Assembly (NCBI GenBank): GCA_050249215.1
Contig: JBFWQX010000009.1
Span: forward strand, 36,368 to 100,367
Length of the DNA: 64,000 bases
Source of the DNA: Afipia sp.
GTDB lineage: Bacteria; Pseudomonadota; Alphaproteobacteria; Rhizobiales; Xanthobacteraceae
Direction: 5' to 3'
Shown here: one piece after another, positions 52,124 to 62,212 of the stretch
How the letters are laid out: every line of letters starts with the position of its first letter
Numbering within the stretch: position 1 is the stretch's first letter
Program-made: the position numbers and the translations under genes
Notes under the pieces: model-generated
What the model was told of the DNA's origin: nothing
Seen by the model: only the letters and a program-made list of their open reading frames with translations
Database searches by the model: none

Positions 52124-52201
52124 CCAGTGTGGCTTTGACTCTGACGCTCCTTTGAAGGACTCGCGGCACAACTGAAAGGAGCGTCAGAGTCGCCACACTG
52201 G
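52124..52201. repeat. long imperfect palindrome, CCAGTGTGG type
   Basis: The left arm ccagtgtggctttgactctgacgctccttt (52124-52153) pairs with aaaggagcgtcagagtcgccacactgg (52175-52201). This gives 10 bp + 17 bp with a 3-nt bulge and a 21-nt loop. Confidence 0.8.
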
Positions 52202-52356
52202 CAAGAGTTTTAGGAAGCGGTCTCCACCGCGTCAAATGATGGATGGCCGGATTGGCCTCGCTGGCCGGCAGGGCGGCCATGCACAGGCTGTTGCAAGGCG
52301 TGGAAAACACCGGCTGCAATTCCACCGTGCGAAAGAACTTTGCTAATGTTCGCTCC

Positions 52357-55092
52357 ATGACCATCCATTCCACGCCGCCCGCATCGCCGACTCCCGAAAC
52401 CGCAGCTCCCGAAGCCGCAGGGCGGGTCACGCCGATGATGGAACAATACCTGGAGATCAAGGCCGCGAATCCGGGGCTGCTGCTGTTCTACAGGATGGGT
52501 GACTTCTACGAATTGTTCTTCGAGGATGCGGAAACCGCCTCGCGGGCGCTCGGCATCACGCTGACCAAGCGCGGCAAACACATGGGCGAAGACATCCCGA
52601 TGTGCGGCGTGCCGGTGGAGCGTTCGGACGATTACCTGCACCGGCTGATCGCGCTCGGCCATCGCGTCGCGGTCTGCGAGCAGACCGAGAATCCCGCCGA
52701 AGCCAGGAAGCGCGGCAACAAGAGCGTCGTTCGCCGCGACGTGGTCCGGCTGGTGACGCCCGGCACGCTGACCGAAGACACGTTGCTGGATGCGAAGGCC
52801 AACAATTATCTGCTCGCCATCGCGCGCGCCCGCGGGTCATCGGCGGCGGGCGACCGTATCGGCCTCGCATGGATCGACATTTCGACGGCAGAGTTCAGCG
52901 TCACCGAATCCAGCGCCGGCGAACTCGGCGCCACGCTGGCGCGGATCAATCCGAATGAAGTGATCGTCACGGACGCGCTCTATTCCGATCCCGAACTGTC
53001 GGCGCTGTTCCGCACGCTCGCCGCCGTCACGCCGGTGACCCGCGACATTTTCGACGCCGCCACCGCCGAGCGGCGGCTCTGCGACTACTTCGCCGTCGCC
53101 ACCATGGACGGCTTCGGCGCGATGTCGCGGCTGGAAGCCACCGCTGCGGCGGCCGCCGTGACCTATGTCGACCGTACCCAGGTCGGCCAACATCTGCCAT
53201 TATCGCCGCCTGCGCGTGAAGCGGCGGGCACCACCATGGCGATCGACCCCGCCACCCGCGCCAATCTCGAACTGACGCGCACACTTGCGGGCGAGCGGCG
53301 CGGATCGCTGCTCGACGCGATCGACTGCACGGTAACCGCCGCCGGATCGCGGCTGCTGGCGCAACGCCTTGCCGCACCCTTGACCGACAGCGCTGCTATT
53401 TCGCACCGGCTCGATGCGGCGGCGCTGTTCGCGGACGATAGCGCGCTGCGCGACGACCTGCGCGGCATCCTGCGCGCGGCACCGGATCTCTCTCGCGCAC
53501 TGGCGCGGCTTTCCGTCGGGCGCGGTGGCCCGCGCGATCTTGCGGCGCTGCGCGACGGCATTCTCGCCGCCGACAGGATTCTCGACCGGCTTGGGAAGAT
53601 CGAGAAACTACCGCGCGACATATCTCTGGCGATCGAAGCGCTGCGCCGTCCCTCGCGCGACCTTGCGCAGGAGTTCGCACATGGCCTTGCCGACGACCTG
53701 CCTCTATTCAAGCGCGACGGCGGCTTTGTCCGCACCGGTTATGAAGCCGCGCTGGACGAAACCCGCAACCTGCGCGACGCCTCGCGTCTTGTGGTGGCCG
53801 CGATGCAGGCGCGCTACGCCGACGACACCGGCATCAAGGGTCTCAAGATCCGGCACAACAACGTTCTCGGCTATTTCGTCGAGGTCAGCGCGCAGCACGG
53901 CGACAAGCTGATGGCCGCGCCGCTGAATGCGACCTTTATCCATCGCCAGACGCTCGCGGGACAAGTGCGCTTCACCACGACAGAACTCGGCGAGATCGAA
54001 GCCAAGATCGCCAATGCCGGCGACCGCGCGCTCGGGCTTGAACTCGAAATCTTCGACCGGCTGTGCGCGCAAGCGGTCACTGCCGGCGATGACTTGCGCG
54101 CCGCGGCGCATGCCTTCGCGCTGCTCGATGTGACCTCGGCGCTGGCGAAACTCGCCGTCGACGAGAATTACACGCGGCCTGTGGTCGACAATTCGTTGAA
54201 ATTCTCCATCGAAGGCGGGCGTCATCCGGTGGTCGAACAATCACTGAAACGCGACGGCCAGCCGTTCATCGCCAATGCCTGCGACCTGTCGCCCGGACCG
54301 GCGCAGTCCTCGGGGCAAATCTGGCTGCTCACCGGCCCCAACATGGCCGGTAAATCGACCTTCCTGCGGCAGAACGCCCTGATCGCGCTGATGGCGCAGA
54401 TCGGCAGCTTCGTGCCTGCGAAGCTGGCGCATATCGGCATCGTGGACCGGCTGTTCTCCCGCGTCGGCGCAGCCGACGATCTGGCGCGCGGTCGCTCGAC
54501 TTTCATGGTCGAAATGGTGGAGACGGCGGCGATCCTCAATCAGGCCGGCGAGCGGGCGCTGGTGATCCTCGACGAGATCGGGCGCGGGACGTCAACCTTC
54601 GACGGGCTGTCGATCGCATGGGCTTCGATCGAACACCTGCATGAATCGAACAGATGCCGCGCATTGTTCGCCACGCATTATCACGAATTGACGGCGCTCT
54701 CGGCCAACCTGCCGCGCCTGTTCAATGCGACTGTTAGCGTCAAGGAATGGCAGGGCGACGTCGTGTTCCTGCACGAGGTGCTGCCGGGTTCGGCAGATCG
54801 CTCTTACGGCATTCAGGTCGCCAAGCTCGCAGGTCTCCCCGCCGCTGTCGTCGCGCGCGCAAAGTCCGTGCTTGCGAAGCTCGAGGCGCAGGATCGCAAC
54901 ACCACGGCCCGCGCGCTGGCCGATGACCTGCCGCTGTTCGCCGTGCCGTCGCGCGCCGCACCCGAGCCGCAGCCGCCGAGCATCGCCGACCAGATCGCCG
55001 AAGCGCTTGGCGCGCTGCATCCCGACGACATGTCACCGCGCGAAGCGCTCGATGCATTGTATGCGCTGAAAGCGAGGCTGCCGAAGCAGTAA
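52357..55092 (+). CDS. mutS: DNA mismatch repair protein MutS
   Basis: Start placed at ATG 52357 ([11 protein letters not shown]...[34 protein letters not shown]). Contains Walker [13 protein letters not shown] and [16 protein letters not shown]. Confidence 0.96.
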   Translation: MTIHSTPPASPTPETAAPEAAGRVTPMMEQYLEIKAANPGLLLFYRMGDFYELFFEDAETASRALGITLTKRGKHMGEDIPMCGVPVERSDDYLHRLIALGHRVAVCEQTENPAEARKRGNKSVVRRDVVRLVTPGTLTEDTLLDAKANNYLLAIARARGSSAAGDRIGLAWIDISTAEFSVTESSAGELGATLARINPNEVIVTDALYSDPELSALFRTLAAVTPVTRDIFDAATAERRLCDYFAVATMDGFGAMSRLEATAAAAAVTYVDRTQVGQHLPLSPPAREAAGTTMAIDPATRANLELTRTLAGERRGSLLDAIDCTVTAAGSRLLAQRLAAPLTDSAAISHRLDAAALFADDSALRDDLRGILRAAPDLSRALARLSVGRGGPRDLAALRDGILAADRILDRLGKIEKLPRDISLAIEALRRPSRDLAQEFAHGLADDLPLFKRDGGFVRTGYEAALDETRNLRDASRLVVAAMQARYADDTGIKGLKIRHNNVLGYFVEVSAQHGDKLMAAPLNATFIHRQTLAGQVRFTTTELGEIEAKIANAGDRALGLELEIFDRLCAQAVTAGDDLRAAAHAFALLDVTSALAKLAVDENYTRPVVDNSLKFSIEGGRHPVVEQSLKRDGQPFIANACDLSPGPAQSSGQIWLLTGPNMAGKSTFLRQNALIALMAQIGSFVPAKLAHIGIVDRLFSRVGAADDLARGRSTFMVEMVETAAILNQAGERALVILDEIGRGTSTFDGLSIAWASIEHLHESNRCRALFATHYHELTALSANLPRLFNATVSVKEWQGDVVFLHEVLPGSADRSYGIQVAKLAGLPAAVVARAKSVLAKLEAQDRNTTARALADDLPLFAVPSRAAPEPQPPSIADQIAEALGALHPDDMSPREALDALYALKARLPKQ

Positions 55093-55605
55093 TCAGACGC
55101 GGTTGATCGACACGCTGGTCTTCGGGCCGTTCTTGATGGTCTGATAGACCACGCAATAACGCTCGGTTAGCTTCAAGAGCTGATCGAGCTTGTCCTGCGG
55201 CGCATCGGTGTCGACATCGAAACGCAAGCGGATTTCGGCAAAGCCGACCGGCGCCTCCTTGTCGATGCCAAGCGTGCCGCGGAAATCGAGATCGCCCTCG
55301 GCCGTGACATTGCCGGATTTCAGCGGCGCGTCGATTGCGGTGGCCACGGATTTCAGGGTCACGCCGGCGCAAGCCACCAGCGCTTCGAGCAGCATGTCGC
55401 CGGAACACAGCTCAAGACCGGAGCCGCCCGTCCCAGGATGCAAACCGGCAACCGCGGCCGCGGCCCTGCCGGTTTCGACCTTGCAGGAGAGACCTTCGCT
55501 GTCGAGCGAGCCTCTGGCCTTCAGCGTGATCAGGGCCGCCCTGGGATCGGCCTTGTAGCGATCCTTGATCGGCGCCTGCATGGCGCGCAGTTCGGTCGAA
55601 TCCAT
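55093..55605 (-). CDS. OsmC family peroxiredoxin-like protein
   Basis: 170-aa ORF with GLHPGTGGSGLELCSGDMLLEALVACAG...LTERYCVVYQT, which includes the two conserved Cys. Confidence 0.85.
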   Translation of the reverse strand: MDSTELRAMQAPIKDRYKADPRAALITLKARGSLDSEGLSCKVETGRAAAAVAGLHPGTGGSGLELCSGDMLLEALVACAGVTLKSVATAIDAPLKSGNVTAEGDLDFRGTLGIDKEAPVGFAEIRLRFDVDTDAPQDKLDQLLKLTERYCVVYQTIKNGPKTSVSINRV

Positions 55606-55905
55606 GGTCCTGTCTCCCTTTCCAGCCGGATCAACATCGCCGCAGGGGGCTTATTCCGCATTATGTGCTCTCGCCCGCGGCGCGCAAATTCGCGCGCTCA
55701 CCGCGCGGCGCATCGCAGCCTTTCTCGCCCGAGAAATACTTGATATATTTCAATGCATTAAAGACTGATCCAGCGACGTGAGAACTGCGGACATGCAAGT
55801 GATCACAAAGTTTGCCCATGCCGACGGGCGAGAAAACAGTACAGACCCCGTGCTCCGCCGCAATCCGCTGATGACACCGCTGTTGCCGTCCGTTATCCGG
55901 AGAGG

Positions 55906-58701
55906 ATGGACAGCGTGACGGCCTCGATTCCCCCAGCCCCCGAAGTGCAGTTCGATACGGCACGCATCACCGCCGAGGTGGATGCGCTGGCCGACAGGCA
56001 CGCTGGCAAGGACGATCAGTTCCGCGCCGCCATCACCCAACTGCTGAAGGGTGAACTGGCGCGCGCGCGCGACGCGGCGCAGGCGCAGCTTCTGAAAGAT
56101 CGCCACGGCCGGCGCTGCGCCGAGCGGCTCTGCGACGTTCAGGACGAGATTATCCGCATCCTGTTCAACGCCGCGACCCGGCATCTCTATCACTCGCCGA
56201 CGCCGTCGGATTCCGAGCGCATGGCGGTGATCGCCACCGGCGGCTATGGACGCGGCCTGATGGCGCCGGAGTCCGACATCGACCTGCTGTTCATCCTGCC
56301 CTACAAGCAGACCGCATGGGGCGAACAGGTTGCCGAAGCGATTCTGTATTGCCTCTGGGACATGGGCCTGAAAGTCGGTCACGCCACCCGCTCGATCGAC
56401 GAATCTATCCGTCAGGCGCGCGCCGACATGACGATCCGCACCTCGGTGCTGGAAACCCGTTTCCTCACCGGCGACCAGGCGCTTTACGATGAACTGGTGA
56501 CGCGCTTCGACAAGGAAGTGGTGCAGGGCACCGCCGCCGAGTTCGTCGCTGCGAAACTTGCAGAACGTGAAGAACGTCATCGCCGCGCGGGCCAGTCGCG
56601 TTATCTGGTCGAGCCCAACGTGAAGGACGGCAAGGGCGGCCTGCGCGACCTCCATACGCTGTTCTGGATCGCGAAGTACGTCTACCGCGTTCATGACGCC
56701 GCCGATCTCGTCCAGCAGGGCGTGTTCGATCCGCAGGAATACCGCACGTTCCGCCGCTGCGAGGATTTCCTGTGGTCGGTTCGCTGCAACATGCATTTCT
56801 ACACCGGCCGGCCCGAAGAGCGGCTGTCGTTTGAAATGCAGCGCGAGATCGCGCAACGTCTGGGTTACACCTCGCATCCCGGCATGCAGGATGTCGAACG
56901 CTTCATGAAGCACTACTTCCTGATCGCGAAGGACGTCGGCGACCTCACCGCGATCCTGTGCGCCAAGCTGGAAGATCAGGAGACCAAGCCCGCGCCGGTC
57001 CTGAGCCGCATGATGGCGCGGCTGCGGCCCGGGCGTAAACGCGGCCGCGTTCCCGGCAGCGATGATTTCGTGATCGACAACAACCGCATCAATCTTGCCG
57101 CGCCCGACGTGTTCAAGACCGATCCGGTCAACCTGATCCGCGTCTTCCGTCTCGCGCAGAAGAACAATCTCGCATTCCACCCGGACGCCATGCGCGCGGC
57201 CACGCGCTCGCTGGGGCTGATCACGCCGAAGTTGCGGGAGAATCCGGAAGCCAACAAGCTGTTCATGGAGATCCTGACATCGAACGACGCGGAGACCGTG
57301 CTGCGGCGGATGAACGAGGCCGGCGTGCTTGGCCGCTTCATCCGCGCGTTCGGACGGATCGTGTCGATGATGCAGTTCAACATGTATCATCACTACACCG
57401 TGGACGAACACCTGCTGCGCTGCATCGGCATTCTTCAGGACATCGAGCGCGGCGGGAACGACGAATTCGCCGTTGCCAGCGACCTCATGCGAAAGATCCA
57501 GCCCGAGCATCGCGCCGTGATCTACATGGCGGTGTTCCTGCACGACATCGCCAAGGGCCGCCCCGAGGATCACTCCATCGCGGGAGCCAAGGTCGCGCGG
57601 CGGCTGTGCCCCCGCTTCGGTTTCAACGCCGCGGACACCGAACTGATCGCCTGGCTGATCGAAGAGCATCTGACCATGTCCACGGTGGCGCAGTCGCGCG
57701 ACCTGTCGGACCGCAAGACCATCGAGAATTTCGCCGCCGTCGTGCAGTCGGTCGAACAGATGAAGCTGCTGACCATCCTGACCACCGCCGACATTCGCGG
57801 CGTCGGTCCCGGCGTCTGGAACGGCTGGAAGGCACAGCTCATCCGCACGCTGTATTATGAAACCGAACCGGTGCTGACCGGCGGCTTCTCCGAGGTCAAC
57901 CGCGCCCAGCGCATCGAAGTGGCGCAGGCGGAATTCCGCGCCAATTTCAAGGAATGGCCGGAAGCCGAGCTTGAAGCCTATATCTCACGGCACTATCCGG
58001 CCTACTGGCTGAAGGTCGAACTGGCGCGCAAAATCCGCCACGCGCGCTTTGTGAAGGCGAGCGAAGCCGGCGGCCACAAGCTCGCGGTCAATGTCGGCTT
58101 CGACGAAGGGCGCGGCGTCACCGAACTTACCATCATGGCGCCGGATCATCCCTGGCTGCTGTCGATCATCGCGGGCGCCTGCGCGTCGGCAGGCGCGAAC
58201 ATTGTCGACGCGCAGATCTACACCACCACCGACGGCATCGCGCTCGACACCATCGCCATCACCCGCGAATACGACCGCGACGACGACGAGGGCAGCCGCG
58301 CCACCCGCATCGGCGACACCATCGAGCAGGTGCTCGAAGGCAAGCTGCGGCTACCGGACGTGATGGCGCGCCGCACGGCCTCGAAAACACGGCTGAAGCC
58401 GTTCATCGTCGAGCCGGAAGTAACCATCAACAACCAGTGGTCCGACCGCTACACCGTGATTGAGGTCTCGGGCCTCGATCGGCCCGGCTTGCTGTTTCAG
58501 CTCACCACCGCAATCTCCAAGCTCAATCTCAACATCGCCTCCGCGCATGTCGCGACCTTCGGCGAGCGCGCCCGTGACGTGTTTTATGTGACCGACCTGC
58601 TCGGCGCGCAGATCACCGCGCCGACCCGGCAGGCCGCCATCAAGCGCGCGCTGATCCATCTGCTCGCCAACGGCGATGCGTCGGAAAAGCCCGCGGCCTG
58701 A
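55906..58701 (+). CDS. glnD: [protein-PII] uridylyltransferase / uridylyl-removing enzyme
   Basis: 931-aa ORF with the nucleotidyltransferase motif ATGGYGRGLMAPESDIDLLF, an HD domain (LHDIAKG) and two C-terminal ACT domains. Confidence 0.95.
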   Translation: MDSVTASIPPAPEVQFDTARITAEVDALADRHAGKDDQFRAAITQLLKGELARARDAAQAQLLKDRHGRRCAERLCDVQDEIIRILFNAATRHLYHSPTPSDSERMAVIATGGYGRGLMAPESDIDLLFILPYKQTAWGEQVAEAILYCLWDMGLKVGHATRSIDESIRQARADMTIRTSVLETRFLTGDQALYDELVTRFDKEVVQGTAAEFVAAKLAEREERHRRAGQSRYLVEPNVKDGKGGLRDLHTLFWIAKYVYRVHDAADLVQQGVFDPQEYRTFRRCEDFLWSVRCNMHFYTGRPEERLSFEMQREIAQRLGYTSHPGMQDVERFMKHYFLIAKDVGDLTAILCAKLEDQETKPAPVLSRMMARLRPGRKRGRVPGSDDFVIDNNRINLAAPDVFKTDPVNLIRVFRLAQKNNLAFHPDAMRAATRSLGLITPKLRENPEANKLFMEILTSNDAETVLRRMNEAGVLGRFIRAFGRIVSMMQFNMYHHYTVDEHLLRCIGILQDIERGGNDEFAVASDLMRKIQPEHRAVIYMAVFLHDIAKGRPEDHSIAGAKVARRLCPRFGFNAADTELIAWLIEEHLTMSTVAQSRDLSDRKTIENFAAVVQSVEQMKLLTILTTADIRGVGPGVWNGWKAQLIRTLYYETEPVLTGGFSEVNRAQRIEVAQAEFRANFKEWPEAELEAYISRHYPAYWLKVELARKIRHARFVKASEAGGHKLAVNVGFDEGRGVTELTIMAPDHPWLLSIIAGACASAGANIVDAQIYTTTDGIALDTIAITREYDRDDDEGSRATRIGDTIEQVLEGKLRLPDVMARRTASKTRLKPFIVEPEVTINNQWSDRYTVIEVSGLDRPGLLFQLTTAISKLNLNIASAHVATFGERARDVFYVTDLLGAQITAPTRQAAIKRALIHLLANGDASEKPAA

Positions 58702-58859
58702 TTTATCTTTCCGCACGCCTGCATCACCTGCACTTTGGATCATGGCCATTTGCCGCAGGCGCAATCGCGGCTGTGCCATGCATGACTGCGTGCCGGAGCG
58801 ATTATCAATATCGCGATTGCATGCTATAGCTTGCGGACTGGACATACCGGAGGTCCGCG

Positions 58860-60269
58860 ATGTTCGAGGGTTTCGACGCCATCACACTGGCGCGCTGGCA
58901 ATTTTCGTTCACGATGAGCTTTCACATCGTGTTTCCGGCTTTCTCCATCGGCCTTGCCAGTTATCTCGCTGTCCTTGAAGCGCTGTGGCTATGGACCGGA
59001 CGCGAGGTCTTCATCAACCTGTTCAACTATTGGCTGAAGATTTTCGCCGTCGCCTTCGGCATGGGCGTCGTCTCCGGCATCGTGATGTCGTACCAGTTCG
59101 GCACCAACTGGGCGGTATTCTCGGACAAGACAGGTCCCGTCATCGGCCCGCTCATGGCTTATGAAGTGCTGACCGCCTTCTTCCTGGAAGCCGGCTTCCT
59201 TGGCGTCATGCTGTTCGGGCTGAAGCGCGTCGGCCACAAGCTGCACTTCTTCGCCACGATGATGGTTGCGATCGGCACGCTGATTTCGGCATTCTGGATT
59301 TTGTCCGCGAATTCCTGGATGCAGACCCCGGCCGGCTTTGCCATGAACTCGCAGGGACAGTTCGTCGCCGCCGACTGGTGGAAAGTGATCTTCAATCCCT
59401 CCTTCCCCTATCGCCTCGTGCACATGGTGCTGGCGGCCTATCTCACCACCGCCTTCGTGGTGGGCGCGGTCGGAGCCTATCACCTTCTGAAGAACACACG
59501 GCTGGAGGGTGCGCGCGTGATGTTCTCGATGGCGATGTGGATGGCCGCGCTGGTCGCGCCGATCCAGATCTTCGCCGGCGATCAGCATGGCCTCAACACG
59601 CTGGAGCATCAGCCGGTGAAGGTGATGGCGATGGAAGGCCATTTCCAGAGCCATCCGAACGGCGCGCCGCTGATCCTGTTCGGCATTCCCGATCAGGACG
59701 AAGCCAAGATGAAGTATGCCATCGAGATTCCGAAGGCCTCCTCGCTGATCCTCAAGCATTCGCTCGATGCGCCGCTGAAAGGCCTTGATACCGTCCCGCG
59801 CGAGAATTGGCCGAAGGTCGGGCTGGTGTTCTGGTCGTTCCGCATCATGGTCGGCATCGGCTTCCTGATGCTTGGCATCGGCTTATTCAGTCTGTTCATG
59901 CGCTGGCGCGGCCAGCTCTATGAGTCAAAACTGCTGCATACCTGGGCCCTGGCGATGGGACCGGCGGGATTCATCGCCGTTCTCGCTGGATGGGTGACCA
60001 CGGAGGCCGGCCGCCAGCCCTTTACCGTCTACGGCCTGCTCCGCACGGTGGATTCGGCATCGCCGCTCGATGCGCCCGCGGTCGCGACATCGCTGCTCGC
60101 CTTCATCGTGGTCTATTTCATCGTGTTCGGAATGGGCGTGTTCTACATCCTGCGGCTGATGAAGGCGCCGCCGCATCACGGCGAGGAAGGTCCGCGCACC
60201 GACATGCCGGCCCGCGCCGCCGGCATTACGCCAGCCCAAGGCGTTCCCGCCACGCAGGGACAGGGGTGA
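58860..60269 (+). CDS. cydA: cytochrome bd-type (CIO-like, short Q-loop) ubiquinol oxidase subunit I
   Basis: 469-aa ORF with LARWQFSFTMSFHIVFPAFSIGLA, GPLMAYEVLTAFFLEAGFLG and WMQTPAG. Confidence 0.93.
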   Translation: MFEGFDAITLARWQFSFTMSFHIVFPAFSIGLASYLAVLEALWLWTGREVFINLFNYWLKIFAVAFGMGVVSGIVMSYQFGTNWAVFSDKTGPVIGPLMAYEVLTAFFLEAGFLGVMLFGLKRVGHKLHFFATMMVAIGTLISAFWILSANSWMQTPAGFAMNSQGQFVAADWWKVIFNPSFPYRLVHMVLAAYLTTAFVVGAVGAYHLLKNTRLEGARVMFSMAMWMAALVAPIQIFAGDQHGLNTLEHQPVKVMAMEGHFQSHPNGAPLILFGIPDQDEAKMKYAIEIPKASSLILKHSLDAPLKGLDTVPRENWPKVGLVFWSFRIMVGIGFLMLGIGLFSLFMRWRGQLYESKLLHTWALAMGPAGFIAVLAGWVTTEAGRQPFTVYGLLRTVDSASPLDAPAVATSLLAFIVVYFIVFGMGVFYILRLMKAPPHHGEEGPRTDMPARAAGITPAQGVPATQGQG

Positions 60270-60274
60270 CCGCC

Positions 60275-61288
60275 ATGGCCGAATTCACGTTCGACATCGC
60301 AACGCTCTGGGCCTTCATCATCGCCTTCGCGGTGTTCATGTACATTGTGATGGACGGCTTCGATCTCGGTCTCGGAATGCTGTTTCCGATGTTTCCGAAG
60401 AAGGAAGACCGCGATGTGATGATGAACACCGTTGCGCCGGTCTGGGATGGCAACGAGACATGGCTGGTGCTGGGCGGCGGCGGCCTGATGGCGGCATTTC
60501 CGCTGGCCTATGCGATCCTGATGCCCGCGCTCTATACGCCGATCATCGCCATGCTGATCGGCCTCATTTTCCGTGGCGTCGCGTTTGAATTCCGCTGGCG
60601 CACCAAGAGCGAGCGCAACCGGTGGGATATCGCCTTTGCGGGCGGCTCGCTGATCGCAGCCATGGCGCAGGGCATCGCGCTCGGCGCCATCCTGCAGGGC
60701 GTCCATGTGGAAGGACGCCACTATGCGGGCGGCTGGTGGGACTGGCTGACCCCGTTCAGCATTCTGACCGGCTGCGCGGTGGTCGCCGGTTATGGTCTGC
60801 TCGGCGCGACATGGCTGGTGATGAAAACCACCGGCGAATTGCGCGAGCATGCCTATCGCCTGAGCTGGTGGCTGCTGATCGCCACCCTGATCGCCATTGT
60901 CGCTGTCAGCCTTGCCACGCCATTCCTGCAGGCCGACTACTGGCGGCGCTGGTTCGAGTGGCCAAATATTCTGTTCACCGCACCGATTCCGATCGCGGTG
61001 GCGGCGATCACGCTGCTTTTGCTGAAGAGTCTTGCGAACAAGCAGGACTACCGGCCATTCATCCTTTCACTGGTCCTGTTCGCGATCACCTATGCCGGCC
61101 TCGGCGTCAGCATGTATCCCTATATCGTGCCGCAGAGTGTCACCATCTGGCAGGCCGCAGCCCCCGCCAACAGCCTCAACTTCATGATCTTCGGCGTGGC
61201 GGTGCTGGTGCCGATCATCCTGATCTACACCGGGTGGGCCTACTGGGTGTTTCGCGGCAAGGTCGACGCCTCAAGCGGATACCACTGA
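60275..61288 (+). CDS. cydB: cytochrome bd-type ubiquinol oxidase subunit II
   Basis: Starts at ATG 60275, in frame within track ORF 59990..61288. Begins MAEFTFDIATLWAFIIAFAVFMYIVMDGFDLGLGMLFP...VAPVWDGNETWLV. Confidence 0.93.
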   Translation: MAEFTFDIATLWAFIIAFAVFMYIVMDGFDLGLGMLFPMFPKKEDRDVMMNTVAPVWDGNETWLVLGGGGLMAAFPLAYAILMPALYTPIIAMLIGLIFRGVAFEFRWRTKSERNRWDIAFAGGSLIAAMAQGIALGAILQGVHVEGRHYAGGWWDWLTPFSILTGCAVVAGYGLLGATWLVMKTTGELREHAYRLSWWLLIATLIAIVAVSLATPFLQADYWRRWFEWPNILFTAPIPIAVAAITLLLLKSLANKQDYRPFILSLVLFAITYAGLGVSMYPYIVPQSVTIWQAAAPANSLNFMIFGVAVLVPIILIYTGWAYWVFRGKVDASSGYH

Positions 61289-61419
61289 TGTCCGCGCCGC
61301 GCGACACGCAGCGGCCCTTGGGACGGCGGCTCTTGTGGTTCGCGGCGCTCTGGCTGCTCGGGACCGGCACCGTCGCCTCCGTCGCCTGGCTGCTGCGGCT
61401 CTGGATCGCGCCGCACTGA
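61288..61419 (+). CDS. small membrane protein of the oxidase operon (DUF2474-like, 43 aa)
   Basis: The ATG overlaps the cydB stop (cTGATG, 61286-61290). Sequence: MSAPRDTQRPLGRRLLWFAALWLLGTGTVASVAWLLRLWIAPH, with one TM helix. Family assignment is from memory. Confidence 0.5.
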   Translation: MSAPRDTQRPLGRRLLWFAALWLLGTGTVASVAWLLRLWIAPH

Positions 61420-61558
61420 AGGTTTGGCCAATAAAATTCAGAGATATTTTAATGATTTACGACAGATGGTGCTCTACCCTCGAGCCGGTGTCACTTGCCA
61501 GCCGGACACGGCTCGGGTTTGATGCAGACGGGGCACCACATAACGCGGGATTCTCGAC

Positions 61559-62158
61559 ATGAACCTTCTCCGCTCGCTTGCTTTGGCAGCAGTTGCAGCC
61601 GGCATGCTGTTTTCGGCACCTCATGCGTTCGCGCAGGGCCGCGAGATGAACATCGGCGATCAGCCCGGCTATATCCCGAATGAAGCCGAGGAGGAACTGC
61701 CGCCGGAATTCAAGCGGACCGCGGTTTTCTATCGCACCTCCGAACCGCCGGGCACGATCATCATCAGCACGTCCGAGCGCTTCCTTTATCTGATCCAGGG
61801 CAACGGCCGCGCGCTTCGTTACGGCATCGGCGTCGGCCGGGAAGGATTCCAGTGGCAGGGCCTGCAGAAGATTTCCCGCAAGCAGGAATGGCCGGACTGG
61901 ACGCCGCCGCCGGAAATGATCGCCCGCCAGCCTTACCTCCCGCGCTTCATGGCCGGCGGCCCGGGCAATCCGATGGGCGCGCGCGCGCTCTATCTTGGCG
62001 CGACGGTCTACCGCATTCACGGCACCAACCAGCCGCAGACCATCGGCAGCGCCGTCTCATCCGGATGCTTCCGCCTGGTCAATGCCGACGTGGCTGATCT
62101 TTACGAGCGCGTTCCCGTCGGCACCAAGGTCATCATCCGCCAGCGTCCCGAAATCTAG
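61559..62158 (+). CDS. L,D-transpeptidase (YkuD domain)
   Basis: 199-aa ORF with a signal peptide, GTIIISTSERFLYLIQGNG..YGIGVGREGFQW and the catalytic HGTNQPQTIGSAVSSGCFRL. Confidence 0.88.
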   Translation: MNLLRSLALAAVAAGMLFSAPHAFAQGREMNIGDQPGYIPNEAEEELPPEFKRTAVFYRTSEPPGTIIISTSERFLYLIQGNGRALRYGIGVGREGFQWQGLQKISRKQEWPDWTPPPEMIARQPYLPRFMAGGPGNPMGARALYLGATVYRIHGTNQPQTIGSAVSSGCFRLVNADVADLYERVPVGTKVIIRQRPEI

Positions 62159-62212
62159 TTTTCCGGCAGACCCGTTTTCCTTGCACGCATCCTTCAGAAG
62201 CGAGATTGTTTC

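Noticed and set aside
55088-55097. mutS and the OsmC-family gene converge with stop codons directly abutting and no terminator between them
   Set aside because: This is real in the sequence (TAA 55090-55092, tca 55093-55095). But tight convergent packing is common in compact bacterial genomes, and I see no further structure to interpret.
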